Part shown: positions 1 to 11,720 of the stretch, one piece after another
Layout of the letters: each line of letters starts with the position of its first letter
How positions within the stretch are numbered: the first letter of the stretch is position 1
Assembly (NCBI GenBank): GCA_965112155.1
Contig: OZ218114.1
DNA length: 64,000 bases
Reading direction: 5' to 3' (one strand)
Source of the DNA: Podarcis liolepis
Lineage: Eukaryota
Position numbers and translations under genes: made by a program
Notes under the pieces: model-generated
Databases searched by the model: none
What the model saw: only the letters and a program-made list of their open reading frames with translations
What the model was told of the DNA's origin: nothing

Positions 1-476
1 ACGACGGTTTGCCTGCACCTCTAAATCTTAAGTGCATTCAGCCTGCAAATGTCAGGACTTTAGTCCCCAGTGGGTCTAGGACTGGTGACACAATGTTTGA
101 GAGGCCAGTGCATTGCTCTGGCCAAGGAGGAGGAACTGTAGGAGGACCAGCCAAGCAAGTCACAGCAGCCACAGGCCACTCGGCAGGGTGTCTATGAGTC
201 AGGCTTGCTGGACAGTCTGAGATACTAGGAATGCCTATTCCTTGCTGCCTCTTCTTGCTGCCTCCTCACTCTACCCTCCTCTTTGCAGGAACCAGATCTG
301 GCTGTAAAAGGCTGGTAGTAAAAAATTAAAACCTGATGCCCCCACTAAGGAACTGGAAATGTTTTTCCAATCCTGCTGTTCTCATGTGGAGCTCCGACCT
401 TCTAGCTTTAAAGGAGACATGAACTGGCATCCCCAGAAATGTTTATGAAGTCATAAATTTACCCTTGCTTGTGTAA

Positions 477-656
<180 letters not shown>

Positions 657-3600
657 TGATGTCTGGAGTTTCATGTCCTGGCGGGCATTTTCTCCTTTGC
701 CTGTCAGTTGGCTGTGTATTTGAAAAGTATTTCACCAATCAATATGCTGCAATACTTTCTAATGGGAAGAAATTGTAAGTGAGGTTTACTGGCTAGCATT
801 TCAGGGAACGATCTGGGATTAACTGTTTATTTGTTTAGAGCACTTGTTTTCAGCTGCTGGAACAGGACACCCTAGTGGGTTGCAGCCTGATCCAAGATGA
901 GTTGCAACGAGAGCACTATGACCATACAAATAAATGGGTAAAAAAAAATAAGAAATGGGGCCCCAATGGCATGTTTGGGTTAAAAGTGGATCCTTGGTGT
1001 GAAAAGGTTGAAGATAACCTGATTCAGAGAATTTATAGCCCACTCATTATTACAAAATAACCCCAGGGTGGGTTACAATACAAAAAATAAATACACAATA
1101 AAGCCAGTTACATAAAACTAGCAGATTCATCATTGCATAAAGCTGTTTGACAAGTCAGAAAGGGGAGACCGCCCAGCTCCACAGCCAGTTCAGCCCAAGG
1201 CCTGGGTGAATAAATGGGTTCTTAAATGGTTGTAAAAACACATCAGGTTTGGTGGCAGTAGAATCTGTGATGGGAATACAATCCACAGGTGGGTTGCAGG
1301 TACTGAGTATGTTCTCACGTGTTGCCAAATATCACACACTTGGCAAATGTCTAGGCCATTGTGTACATGAGAGCAGGCAGGCAGCCCATCACATCTCAAA
1401 ATTCTGGGTCTGGTATGGGAGGTGCTGCGTTAGATACAACAGCTAGATACTGCTGTGTCCAAGGTGCTACAGAGCTGAGTGACTTTATCAGCCAAGTGCC
1501 ATGCAAACAGTGCACAGCATGTTACCCGGTGGGCCAAGGCCCACTTTGGGTATGATTAGCTTCTGAACCACCTGGAATACACCCCCCCCCCGGATGGCTC
1601 ATTGAAGATGCAATGCGGGTGCCAAAGTGCTGCTCCTTCATCATCTACAACTCCTTGGTAAAGGGCACTATGGACCCTGCAGCATTGGAGAGGACCCTTA
1701 GGAACAATCATGTCTTCATCTTGCCATCCCATGGTGAGACCAGGACTCAACCAGATCACTAACTCTACTGCCACTGGAGTGTTTGCTCACATTCCGTTGT
1801 TTCAAGACCAGGCTGTTCCTGAAACCTATGTTGGATATGGATGGTCCGCTTGCTTGGTCATGTTGCCTCTTATTTGTTTTATTTATTTTTAAAAGCATTT
1901 ATATACAACAAAATATTTCAAAAACTTCTAAGTGGTGTACTGTCTTTAAAAAAAACCCCCAAATGATATGTGATTAAAATAAAAACACAACCTAAAACAA
2001 ATGGGACAGCAATATAAAAAAACACACCAGAAAAGCATATAAGAGGAATAAAGCATATTCAAACACATAAAACATGGTCCAATTTTATGGGTCAGGAAAA
2101 GCCTGGGCAAATATAAAGCAGACTGGAAACTTTGTCGGAAAGGATGCACACCAAATGTATGCTTCAACCATCAGCCATGTGCTTCCTCTGAGCTTGCTCT
2201 TCAAGCTCAAAAATTGATATGATTGGGAAATGTATTGCGAGTAATGAGGACTGATTCTATTACATGGTTGTCTATAATTATAAAGCAAGATTTTTCCTCT
2301 CTCTGTGTGTGTTTGGCTTTTATTCCTCGCATTCTGATTTCCAGGCTCTCCTTTTTCTTTTCTTTTTCTCTTTTCATTATCATACCAATAGTTTATAAAA
2401 GGCTTTTTAGGCTACTCTGTTTATTCTTGTAAATTCTGCTTACATCTATAGCTAAAAGTAGTAGTGTAGCAATGTAAAAGAGTTGGTTCTTAGTATTCAG
2501 TAATCTGCACTCCATGGTTTCAAAGCTTTGATTTGAGTGTTGGGATAATTTTTTAACCAGGGAACCAGTGGTTAGGGGCATTTGCTGGATGATGCTGAAG
2601 GGCATTCCTAAAATATGGGGCAGCACCTAATACTGGTTAGATTAGTCAGCTTCCTGCCAGTCTTTTGCCTCCTCACCAGCAGGAGGAGGCAAACTCGCTT
2701 TCTAGACTGACTGGTCGAGCAAGGACAGCTCCTCTATCCCATAATAAGGCTCAGGAAACAGCTGCAGCTAGAATATGCCCTACGTGAAAACTGATTGCAG
2801 TCTGGACAAACTGGGTTAACAGAGAAAACGCATCCAGTGTACACAATCATAAACCAAAGAATTATATGTAATGAGCCTAAGCCCAGACTTTGGAGTGAAT
2901 CTGGGCCTACACAGATTGAACTGTACACATGTGCACCTTTAGGAATGTTAGAACATGGAAGTCCGTCTCATGCCAAATCAGACTCATCTGGCCCAGTATT
3001 GTCTATTCTGACTGGCAGCAGCTCTCCAGGGTTTCAGAAAGTAACCCTACCATATTTGGGGTATTATACCTAAAATTTATCACATGTAAAACATGTGGTT
3101 TGCCACTGAGCTATGGCTGCACTCGTGCACGGACACCCTGTAGGTGTCAGATCAAGGTAGAAGCTCTTGTCTGAACGGGCCTAGATGGTTTAGTAACTTA
3201 ACTTTGAGCCCTTATTTACACTGATGAAAATGTACAGGACTTTTACCTTCCATATTCTTATTGAAATAGGTGGCAGGAGTTTTTAATGGATTGAGCCTGT
3301 AATTCTTTGTTTGGTGTTAAAGGTCATTTTGTGCACACGGGACTTCCTTTTGTAGAGCAAGCCCTAGGAGTTTTGCTTTGTGTGACATTATTATTATTAC
3401 TATTGGACAAGAAAGCTTAACATCTAACATGATGATGCTGGGTAGTAATATATAGTCTACCTCTATTCCTTTAAAAACCTAACTTCTTTCCTATATGTAT
3501 TGCATCGTGCAGGGCCAGTTCTTTTCTGAAATTTATGGTATCCTTCAACAAAGATGCCGGTGTTCCCATAATTCCCATAATTTTTGCAGTGTGTCTGTTT

Positions 3601-5287
3601 CTGAGGGACTTTGCTTTTCTGAATTTCCACATATAACATGGTTGTGGTACTTTGATCATATACAGAGCCAGTATTTGCTGTTCATCTAAAACCATGTTTC
3701 TAGCTAAATGGCTGGAGTGTTGGTAGAGAATGGTCCAGAAGTCCTGATCCCTGGGACTTGTGTGCAGGGCTCTGGATCTCTTACCCCATTCCCTCCCCCC
3801 CCCCCGATGTTTTTAAAGAATATTTAAATTAAAAAACAAAAGCTGCAGAGTGCTCAGCTGCCTGTAAGCGAAGAACAGTGGCAAGGGAGACCCCAGCCAC
3901 CCACTGTCTCAAATTAGCCCAAAGGAATGTATGCATATAAATTAGCATGTGCATTTTTATCTTTGCAGATTTGTGCCCTCGGTGGTTTAAAGTACTTACC
4001 AATACCCTGGATGAGTGACTTACTAGTTTAAAGAGTAGCCGCACCCCCACTTTTGAAAACACTTGCTGTTTAGACAGCAGCTCTTGGCTTGTCATTATTT
4101 CCAGAAAATAAATCTTCGTTTGGATTCATTTATAACATTCACTAACTCTAGCAGTTCTGGCTGCCCTTGCAGCCCAAACTCTGTTACTCCAGATCTGTAA
4201 GAATGCTAACTTGTGGATCACGTAATAAAAAAACATGTTTTGTAGATAATATACTGTTATAAATTGTGGTGTATGTATGGGAATACAGGTTTTCATAATG
4301 TCTTTGCCGGGGGGGGGTGCCTCTGGGGAAATAAACAAATAATGCGGGTAGCTTGGGGTTTTTTTAACTGGGAAAATGGTGCAAGGATAAAAATACTGAA
4401 CCCCTGTCTTCATGCGCCATGATCCCAGCCCAGAACACCCCTCCCTGTTAACAAGAGAGAGGACGGACTATTTTGCAAACATTTAGTCTCTAGGGCGAGT
4501 CTCATTTTACAATAAAAATCAGCATATTAAAGGAAGCTTGGGTTGATTTAGAGGCGAGCCTGGTGCAGCCAGTGTTTGAAAGCATGCTCTCTATTGCGCT
4601 TCCTAAGAAGTCCTGGGGGAGCTTGGGCCTTAGGGCCATCACTCTTCTGTCACCGGGCTGGCTGCGTCAGGAGGCGGGGTACAGCTTCCTTGCGAGAAAC
4701 CCCTAGGTGATGTGGGTTTATTAATTTTTCTGGGGAATAATTAATGAATTAATTATACCGGAAGGCGTTTGAATATTCAGAAGCCACAGTGTAATTATTC
4801 TTATTTGGTCTGAGATGCAATTTCATTTGTGGATGGATATGCAAGGACTTGCTATGACAATTTGTTCTTGCTTCCTTTTGGCGTGCAAGTTGCTTCATTG
4901 TTCTTCTCGTTCTCTCCTCCTAATGAATCCTGCAAGGTTGGGTGAAGCCAAGGAATCGTAACTGCTCTGAAGGCAGCTGGGTGTCTTCGGGTCCAAGGCT
5001 AGTATTCTGCCCTCCGCTCTGCACTGGCCTTGAGAAAAAGGTGCTGCTTTGATCCACGCCAGTTGAGGCACGGCTCTGCTCTGGCATAAACGAGAGAGAG
5101 GGAGGGTGGCGAGTGTGTTCTTGAGGCCTCTCTGTGCTGTGAACATTGCTCAGAACGTCCTGGGGGCAAAATAAAGGGACACTTAAGAACTCCCTTTTGC
5201 TTTGTGGCACTGCTGATGGTGTGCAGTGGCCTTTAAAACCAAACAGTGCATTTTCAAAGGACTTGCCGGAGGACGCTCTCTTTTCTA

Positions 5288-5290
<3 letters not shown>

Positions 5291-5336
<46 letters not shown>
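5291..5336. repeat. (CT)n microsatellite followed by a poly-C run
   Basis: Direct observation. Confidence 0.95.
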
Positions 5337-5338
<2 letters not shown>

Positions 5339-6295
5339 CCCCCCCCCCCAGAGACCGAACCGTTGTTCTCTGTGGGCGTTTTCTCGAAAGAAAACCCATC
5401 ACCGAGTGCTTTTGCGTGGAGACCTGGTTTTGGAAGAGCAGATACAGCCGCTCCGAAAAGGAGTTGAAGCGTCAGGAATGAATTATTTTTAGAGCCAAAC
5501 CTTCGGAAGCGCATTACCAGCTGTATAAAAAATTAATTGCCTCTGTGGTTCTGCTCGTGTTTCATAACTGGCTGTCTGGCTGTTGTCAGTGTTACCGGCC
5601 TGTAATGAAGTCCTTTTGTTTTAGTATTCTGGTTCTCTTCCCCCATCCCACCCCCCCACCCCATTGTCGCAATCCCCTTCCACCACCAGGAGACGAATGA
5701 GTTACTGCGTGGCAAATGGGAATTTAACAGGATAAATAAAGATAGCCAGTCTCGTTGCATTGAAGTTGTGCCCATAGAGGGCATGCTTCAGTTCTGTGCA
5801 GATATTACACTGCTGATTATGGGGTTGCTAGCAGCTGCAAAGCTCTGGTTCAGAGACCTATGCTTTAGTGCAGATGAACATTTTACACGTCATGTCTTTT
5901 TTTTAAAAAAAGAGAGAAAACAGATTAGCTATGCTTTAATGCAAAATCTCTTCAAAGAGATCCTTAGATGTGCCTGCTGATCCTGTTGAACAAATTCTGC
6001 TCCTGCGTTTCCACTGTGTTGCTCTCTCCTTCAGCAAAAGAGGAGGCAGTCCCTTTGGTGGAGTCCAGGGAGCCCTTTCTAACTCCTGATGTGGTTTGGA
6101 GTTCACGTTTTCCAGAATGCCGTTCCACCACTGCAAAACTTCCTCAATGTAGAGAAACCCTGCCTTTGCCAAAGGTGGCACAGTGGCCTTCCAGGAGAGG
6201 ACCATGGATGCTATGTTCTGTGTGCATACAGGCATTGTTCCAAAATCAGATGTACGCTCTGTGCAGAGAAGCTCCCATGTTGTTCAGAGCTCTGA

Positions 6296-6479
6296 AAAAT
6301 AAAAAAAATTCCTTCTAGTAGCACCTTAAAGACCAACTAAGTTAGTTCTTGGTATGAGCTTTCGTGTGCATGCACACTTCTTCAGAAACACTTTCAGTGC
6401 ATGCACACGAAAGCTCATACCAAGAACTAACTTAGTTGGTCTTTAAGGTGCTACTGGAAGGAATTTTTTTATTTTGACT
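6296..6479. mobile_element. Penelope-like element (PLE)-derived inverted-repeat insertion
   Basis: ~80-bp near-perfect arms at 6296-6375 and 6397-6475. The motif gtagcaccttaaagaccaac...gagctttcgtg resembles reptile Penelope termini. Flanked by a 12-bp direct repeat agagctctgaaa (6286-6297, 6480-6491). Confidence 0.8.
6352..6389 (-). ncRNA. Minimal type-I hammerhead ribozyme motif (PLE-type)
   Basis: Minus strand reads GUUU-CUGAAGA-A-GUGUG(CAUG)CACAC-GAAA-GC-UC/AUAC. The core, helix II and palindromic AGCU helix III are intact; helix I has one U.U mismatch. Confidence 0.7.
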
Positions 6480-8699
6480 AGAGCTCTGAAAGGCAGACTA
6501 GAGCAGTCTTGTAGTTAGCCGCACACCTACTCAGATTTCAGAGGACTCTGGGTGAAATGCTCATTCACTTGCCCTTCCTCAAATCTGCACCACCTCCAAG
6601 AGGGAGAGGGCACAGTAAGCAGGAGTTTTCACCCACTCAGAGAGGACAGGTGAACAGGCAGCCGGGTGGAGGCCAGCTGTGGGTCTTGACTTTATTTTGT
6701 GTGTGCCTGTATACTTGCTTCCCGTAAAAAAATAAAGTGGCTTCATTGCAGTTTGCATTCAGACAAAAGAACAGGAATCTTGAAAAGAAAGGAAAAACCA
6801 AGAATACTGTTAAAAACCACCCATTAAAATAATAAAAATCAGTGTAAGACACAGAAGGAGTAGAGACTTTAAAAAGTAAAAATGAAATTAAACAAGATCT
6901 AAAAACTTTGGGGAGAGCAAGTAATTTTTCACTCTGCAGCAGAAGAACACCCCTATCAAGCCCACCCACCCCTTCACAGGGGGAGAGGTCCACGGCTGGG
7001 CAGGTGTTTGAGGATGCTCTGCTGAGAGCTAAGTGACAGTTCTGCTGGCCTATGGAGGGGAAATGCCTCCAGTTCTCCACCATTGCCAAAAGAGACCCAC
7101 ATTTTTCTCTGCTCTCTCTCTCCTCCCTCCCCAGCTTTATATCTTTATGTGCAGCTCACCGGCCTTCTTCATATTCAGCTTCTCTGACCCTTGCCACACC
7201 TCTCTAAAAACTGACCTCCACCAACCTCTTTGTCCGTCAGTTTTGTTCTGCCTTCTCGGTCCAACCCTGCTAGGATGACACAGAGCCTCTCTGGCTCATG
7301 ACACCCACCCCTTGCGTTCCTCTACCTTTCTCTGCTGGTGATTATAGGGCATTCTGTTGTGTTTGCACCCTCACCCTTCCTTTTTAAGCACGGTTGGCAA
7401 TCTGCAAAACCTGCACTGGAGGTCTGGATCCAGATCCGGTCTGTCTTTTGCTCCCAGTCCTGTTCAGCCGTGATGGGTTTTACTTTCTTTTTGGAAATGG
7501 CATGGGTGGTCCCCACACACTCCCCATCTAGAGGGATTTTCATCATTTTTGCTCATCAGCATGCTAATTGCTGTATGACTAATTATGCCCTGAATTCCAG
7601 TTGATTTTTTTAATGAGACAGCTGGGTTAATTATGTAATCATATGATTACATTAGCCTAGAGTGCCCCAGCGCAAAGTAATCCACGTGGGCACATGATGT
7701 CATTGTGGAAGCAAGGCTCACAAGGGGTGCATTGAGCCCTTCACCTAATGGTGAAGGGGGGGAGGAGAAGGACAGGGTCAACCTCAATGTTCCCTTTGTA
7801 AACACTTACGTTGGAGAATAAAGGGTGTGTCCCATGGGCGGAGAGCATTTTTCTAAAATGCATCTTGCCTTTCTCTATTAGTCCACTACCCTCTCTCTTT
7901 CTCGGGAACAAGGCTTGAGTTCAGAATAAAACAGGATTTTCCAGATTAATGTTAGTGGCATATGCTATTCTTAAAGGACAAAGAAAAATACATGCATGTT
8001 TATTTAAAAAAATAAAAAAATAAGCCTGTGCTTCCTCATATATTGTTTCGGCAACTTACAAGAATAATAAAATACAATAAAAAAGTAATACACAAAAAGA
8101 ACAAACAATAAAAGCCATAAGTAAAGGGATTCAAAAACAGCTGCAGAAAGAATGAGTTGCAGTCCATTGAGAAGTTCGGTTCTGTTAATGTGGGTCTGGC
8201 GTGAGATGGTGACTTTCTGTCCTACTGCCTCTGTTAGTTAGCTCAGCATTGGCAAGTTGTTTGTTTTAATAATTGTTATTAATTCACCCCAAAAAAAGGT
8301 TATATAGGATTCTGCAAAATACATTGTTATCAAATGGGATCTGATGGCAATATACATAGACCATATACAATTATAGATCACTGCCAAACAAATACAGACA
8401 TAAATTAAAACCAAAATAAATAAACCACAGGTATGTGAATGTGTGGAAGGTAGTGGCTAGAACCATTTATAGCGTAAACCTAATGGTTCAACAAGAAAAA
8501 GTTACAAAACATGCACCCTGTGGTTTTCTATTGCCTGTCACTGCTTGTTGTGAAGGGTCACTTGTTTGCATACAGTCCGGCCCTCATTGAATTGTCGCAG
8601 ACTGTCCATGTTGCATTCCCTTCCCTTCTGACTTCATAACTTTTAATTCCATCCCGAACCCCATGTCTGCATATATCTAGAACTGTTGGTTATGCTTCA

Positions 8700-8885
8700 G
8701 GCAGAGGGCCTTCTCGGTAGTGGCACCCTCCCTGTGAATGCCCTCCCATCAGATGTCAAGGAAATAAACAACTATCTGACCTTTAGAAGACACCTGAAGG
8801 CAGACCTGTTTAGGGAAGTTTTTAATGTTTGATGTTTTCTTGTATTTTCAATATTTTGTTGGAAGCTGCCCAGAGTGGGTGGGAT

Positions 8886-8918
<33 letters not shown>
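8700..8918 (+). mobile_element. L2-type LINE 3' end with (ATC)n tail
   Basis: agggccttctcggtagtggcaccctccctgtgaatgccctccc (RAFSVVAP.LWN.LP-like L2 terminus), then 3' UTR and (ATC)n. Confidence 0.65.
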
Positions 8919-9578
8919 GACTGCAAAAGCTTATGCCATAACTAGTTTCTTAGTCATTCATTAAGGTTCTACAGGATTTTTTGCTGCTTTTGCAGAATAA
9001 CATGGCTACCCCTCTGGAAACAAGAAGAACATCATAGAACATAATTTTCAAAATTGGAGTGAAAACAGCAGCAGAGCAGCTCCCAGAATAATGGGCAGCC
9101 AGCCTCCTTGTACTGGCAGGTTGCCCAGTTAATGCTGCATCCCTGTTACCCACTCACGTAGGGCTTAGGAATGGAATTCTGCTTTCTGGGCAGTGTTGAT
9201 TCTTTGGGGACTCTTCCCAGTGAATTGGAGAAGACCAGGTCATCCTCACTCACAGTAGTGGGGCAACTACATATGCAGCACCCAGAAAGAGAACGAATTT
9301 GTGCTTGCAGATTTTTATGTACAGATTTATATTTACAAATATGCAAATAATGCGAATCGAAATAAAATTGATATCGCTGTCTTGGGAAAGACTGGGACCA
9401 GGTGGCCTGAGTGCCTACTCTGTCTGCTGCCCAGGTGATAAGTGTTAATGGGCAACCTTGCCAGTTCCCCTTCTGATGGTTCCTTAGGTTTAAACTGGAC
9501 TTGGACCAGGCAGCACATCAACTACAGATATGGTGGCTTGTTTCCAGGGCTCACCTGTCTACTTTGCTACTGAGTTTA

Positions 9579-9960
9579 GGAACAGGTGGTGCTGTGGTCT
9601 AAACCACTGAGCCTCTTGGGCTTGCCGATCAGAAGGTCGGCGGTTCAAATCCCCGCAACGGAGTGAGCTCCCGTTTCTTTGTCCCTGCTCCTGCCAACCT
9701 AGCAGTTCGAAAGCACGCCAGTGCAAGTAGATCAATAGGTACCGCTGTGGCAGGAAGGTAAACGGCGTTTCTATGCGCTCTGGTTTCCGTCATGTTGTTC
9801 CATTGCACCAGAAGCGGTCTAGTCATGCTGGCCACATGACCCAGAAAGCTGTCTGTGGGCAAACGCTGGCTCCCGTGGCCTGAAAGCAAGATGAGCACTG
9901 CAACCTCATAGTTGCCTTTGACAGGACTTAACGGTCCAGGGGTCCTTTACCTTTACCTTT
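9579..9960 (+). mobile_element. Sauria SINE, full length
   Basis: tRNA-like head with B-box ggttcaaatccc, Sauria core (gccaacctagcagttcgaaagcac) and (ACCTTT)n tail. Confidence 0.9.
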
Positions 9961-11610
9961 TACTGCTCTAAAACTTTATTTGATGAACCCGAGCATTCAG
10001 GCACAGAAATTCTCACCGCTAACCAGGGTCTTTCTGTTTACTGTTAAAGGCAAAATCTTTCAACGTGTGTCATGATTGTCCTAGTGATGCAGCTGCAGAT
10101 TTATACTCAACCATGTTCTATGGAACATAATAATTTCTTAGTAACATTTCCAGTGTTCACGGTCTTTCTCAGCAATTATACAGTTGCCAACAGCCTTGTG
10201 AGGTAGACTTATTGACATTCCTCCCATGTTAGAGGAGAAAGAAAAAGAGTACATTCACATCTCTGAATAGAGATTCGAACCCAGGTATCAACACAGGGAG
10301 CAATTGTTTCTCTTCTCAGTCCCCCAAATAATTTTACATGATTACACCCTCACATCTGGTGGGGATATTCTGCTCCCCAGCAACTTGGAATACTTTTGTT
10401 CCCAGTTGAGAGATATTAAGTGCAAATTTCTGGCACTGAGTGGAATATGGGGGGGGGGGGTGTTTAAGTTATCTTCACAGCTATTTTCAAACGTTGTGTC
10501 TCATTCTTCTTGTAAGAGAGTTAATAACCAAAGTGTAGTTTTTAGTAGGTTTTCATTTTTATATGCTCTAGTGAAATCATTTTTGTTTTTTAGAATCATT
10601 TTTCCTTAACAGATACCACTGCAAGGTTTGTACAATAATACTTAAAATGGCCCTCCTTGGGAATTTTTCTGAGTTCCCAAATACATACCTTTTGAAACTT
10701 GTTACATTTTTAGGTTTGAAGCGTAGCAGTCGCTGGGCTGGCATGTAGCAGAATCATGGCCGAGTTTTTATAGCAGTGATTATTAAATTAGTTTTCTTTA
10801 ATAGAAGCCATACAAATTAAAGTGGAGAAGTCTGTTCTGTGTGGCCTCTTTAGCATATCCCAAAACAATATTCAAAAGCTGCTGACATTTTAATCATTCA
10901 TCTTGGCTTAAGCAAATTTTGGAGTTTAATGCAAGGAGATAGGCTTAACATTATGCTCATACTTTATTCTGCAACTGTTTTGCTTCTTTGACATTAACCT
11001 TTAATAAAGCTAAATTAAATATACATATCCTAATGAATAATTATGAGTGCCAACATTTTCATTTACGATATAATGTTTTCCAGGGATTTGGGAATTTATT
11101 GACTAAAGGTTTAGTCATTATTCATTTTATAATGTAGATGTTGGTGGGGTGGGTGAGTAATAGTTAATACAAAATGCCTGGCAGATTTTAGTCCAGGAAA
11201 GCCTTGTTAATTTGCAAGTCCTGGGACCCTAAAAATTGTCATGGGCCCTGTGACTTAAGCCAGGTGGGACTGGTAGGATCTGCTAGAGGAGGACCCTGAG
11301 GTAGAGGGTTGGCAAAGTTCAGGGGGTGATGGAGAAGAGTGTCTCATGGCACGGCTGCCAGGTGCCTCTTTAAGGGATGGGGAGTTAACAGGCTTCACCT
11401 CTTGGGAAGAAAGTTCGCAGTTGAGCAGAAAGTGGCTGATGTCAGTGGAGCTGGTTGAGTTGGAGGCTGAGGGAAAGTGTGAAGGTTGGATTCTGATCCC
11501 ATTGCCAAGGATGTGCTCCCGCAAAATAATAATAAGAAAAATAAGAAAAATAATAATAATAGAAGAGGAAGAAGAAATATAAGAGATGGGCAAAATTTTG
11601 AGAGAAAGTA

Positions 11611-11720
11611 CAGTCATACCTTGGTTTTCGAACAGAATGTGTTCCGGAAGTCCGTTCGACTTCTGAAATGTTCAGAAACCAAGGCGCAGCTTCCGATTGG
11701 CTGCAGAAGTGTCCTGCAAT
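11611..11720 (+). mobile_element. Truncated Tc1/mariner-type MITE end
   Basis: TA|CAGTCATACCTTGGTTTTCGAAC start; no matching second TIR found. Confidence 0.5.

Noticed and set aside
1050-2620. Probable old LINE debris
   Set aside because: Too degenerate to assign a family or boundaries by eye.
4920-5514. Several overlapping ORFs of 73-160 aa
   Set aside because: They are kept open by the (CT)n/(GA)n microsatellite (SLSL/ERER runs) and show no protein similarity.
11237-11530. Possible solo LTR fragments (also ~12050-12660 and ~18580-19028)
   Set aside because: They are GC-rich and LTR-like, but I could not define paired TG...CA ends with TSDs or assign a family.
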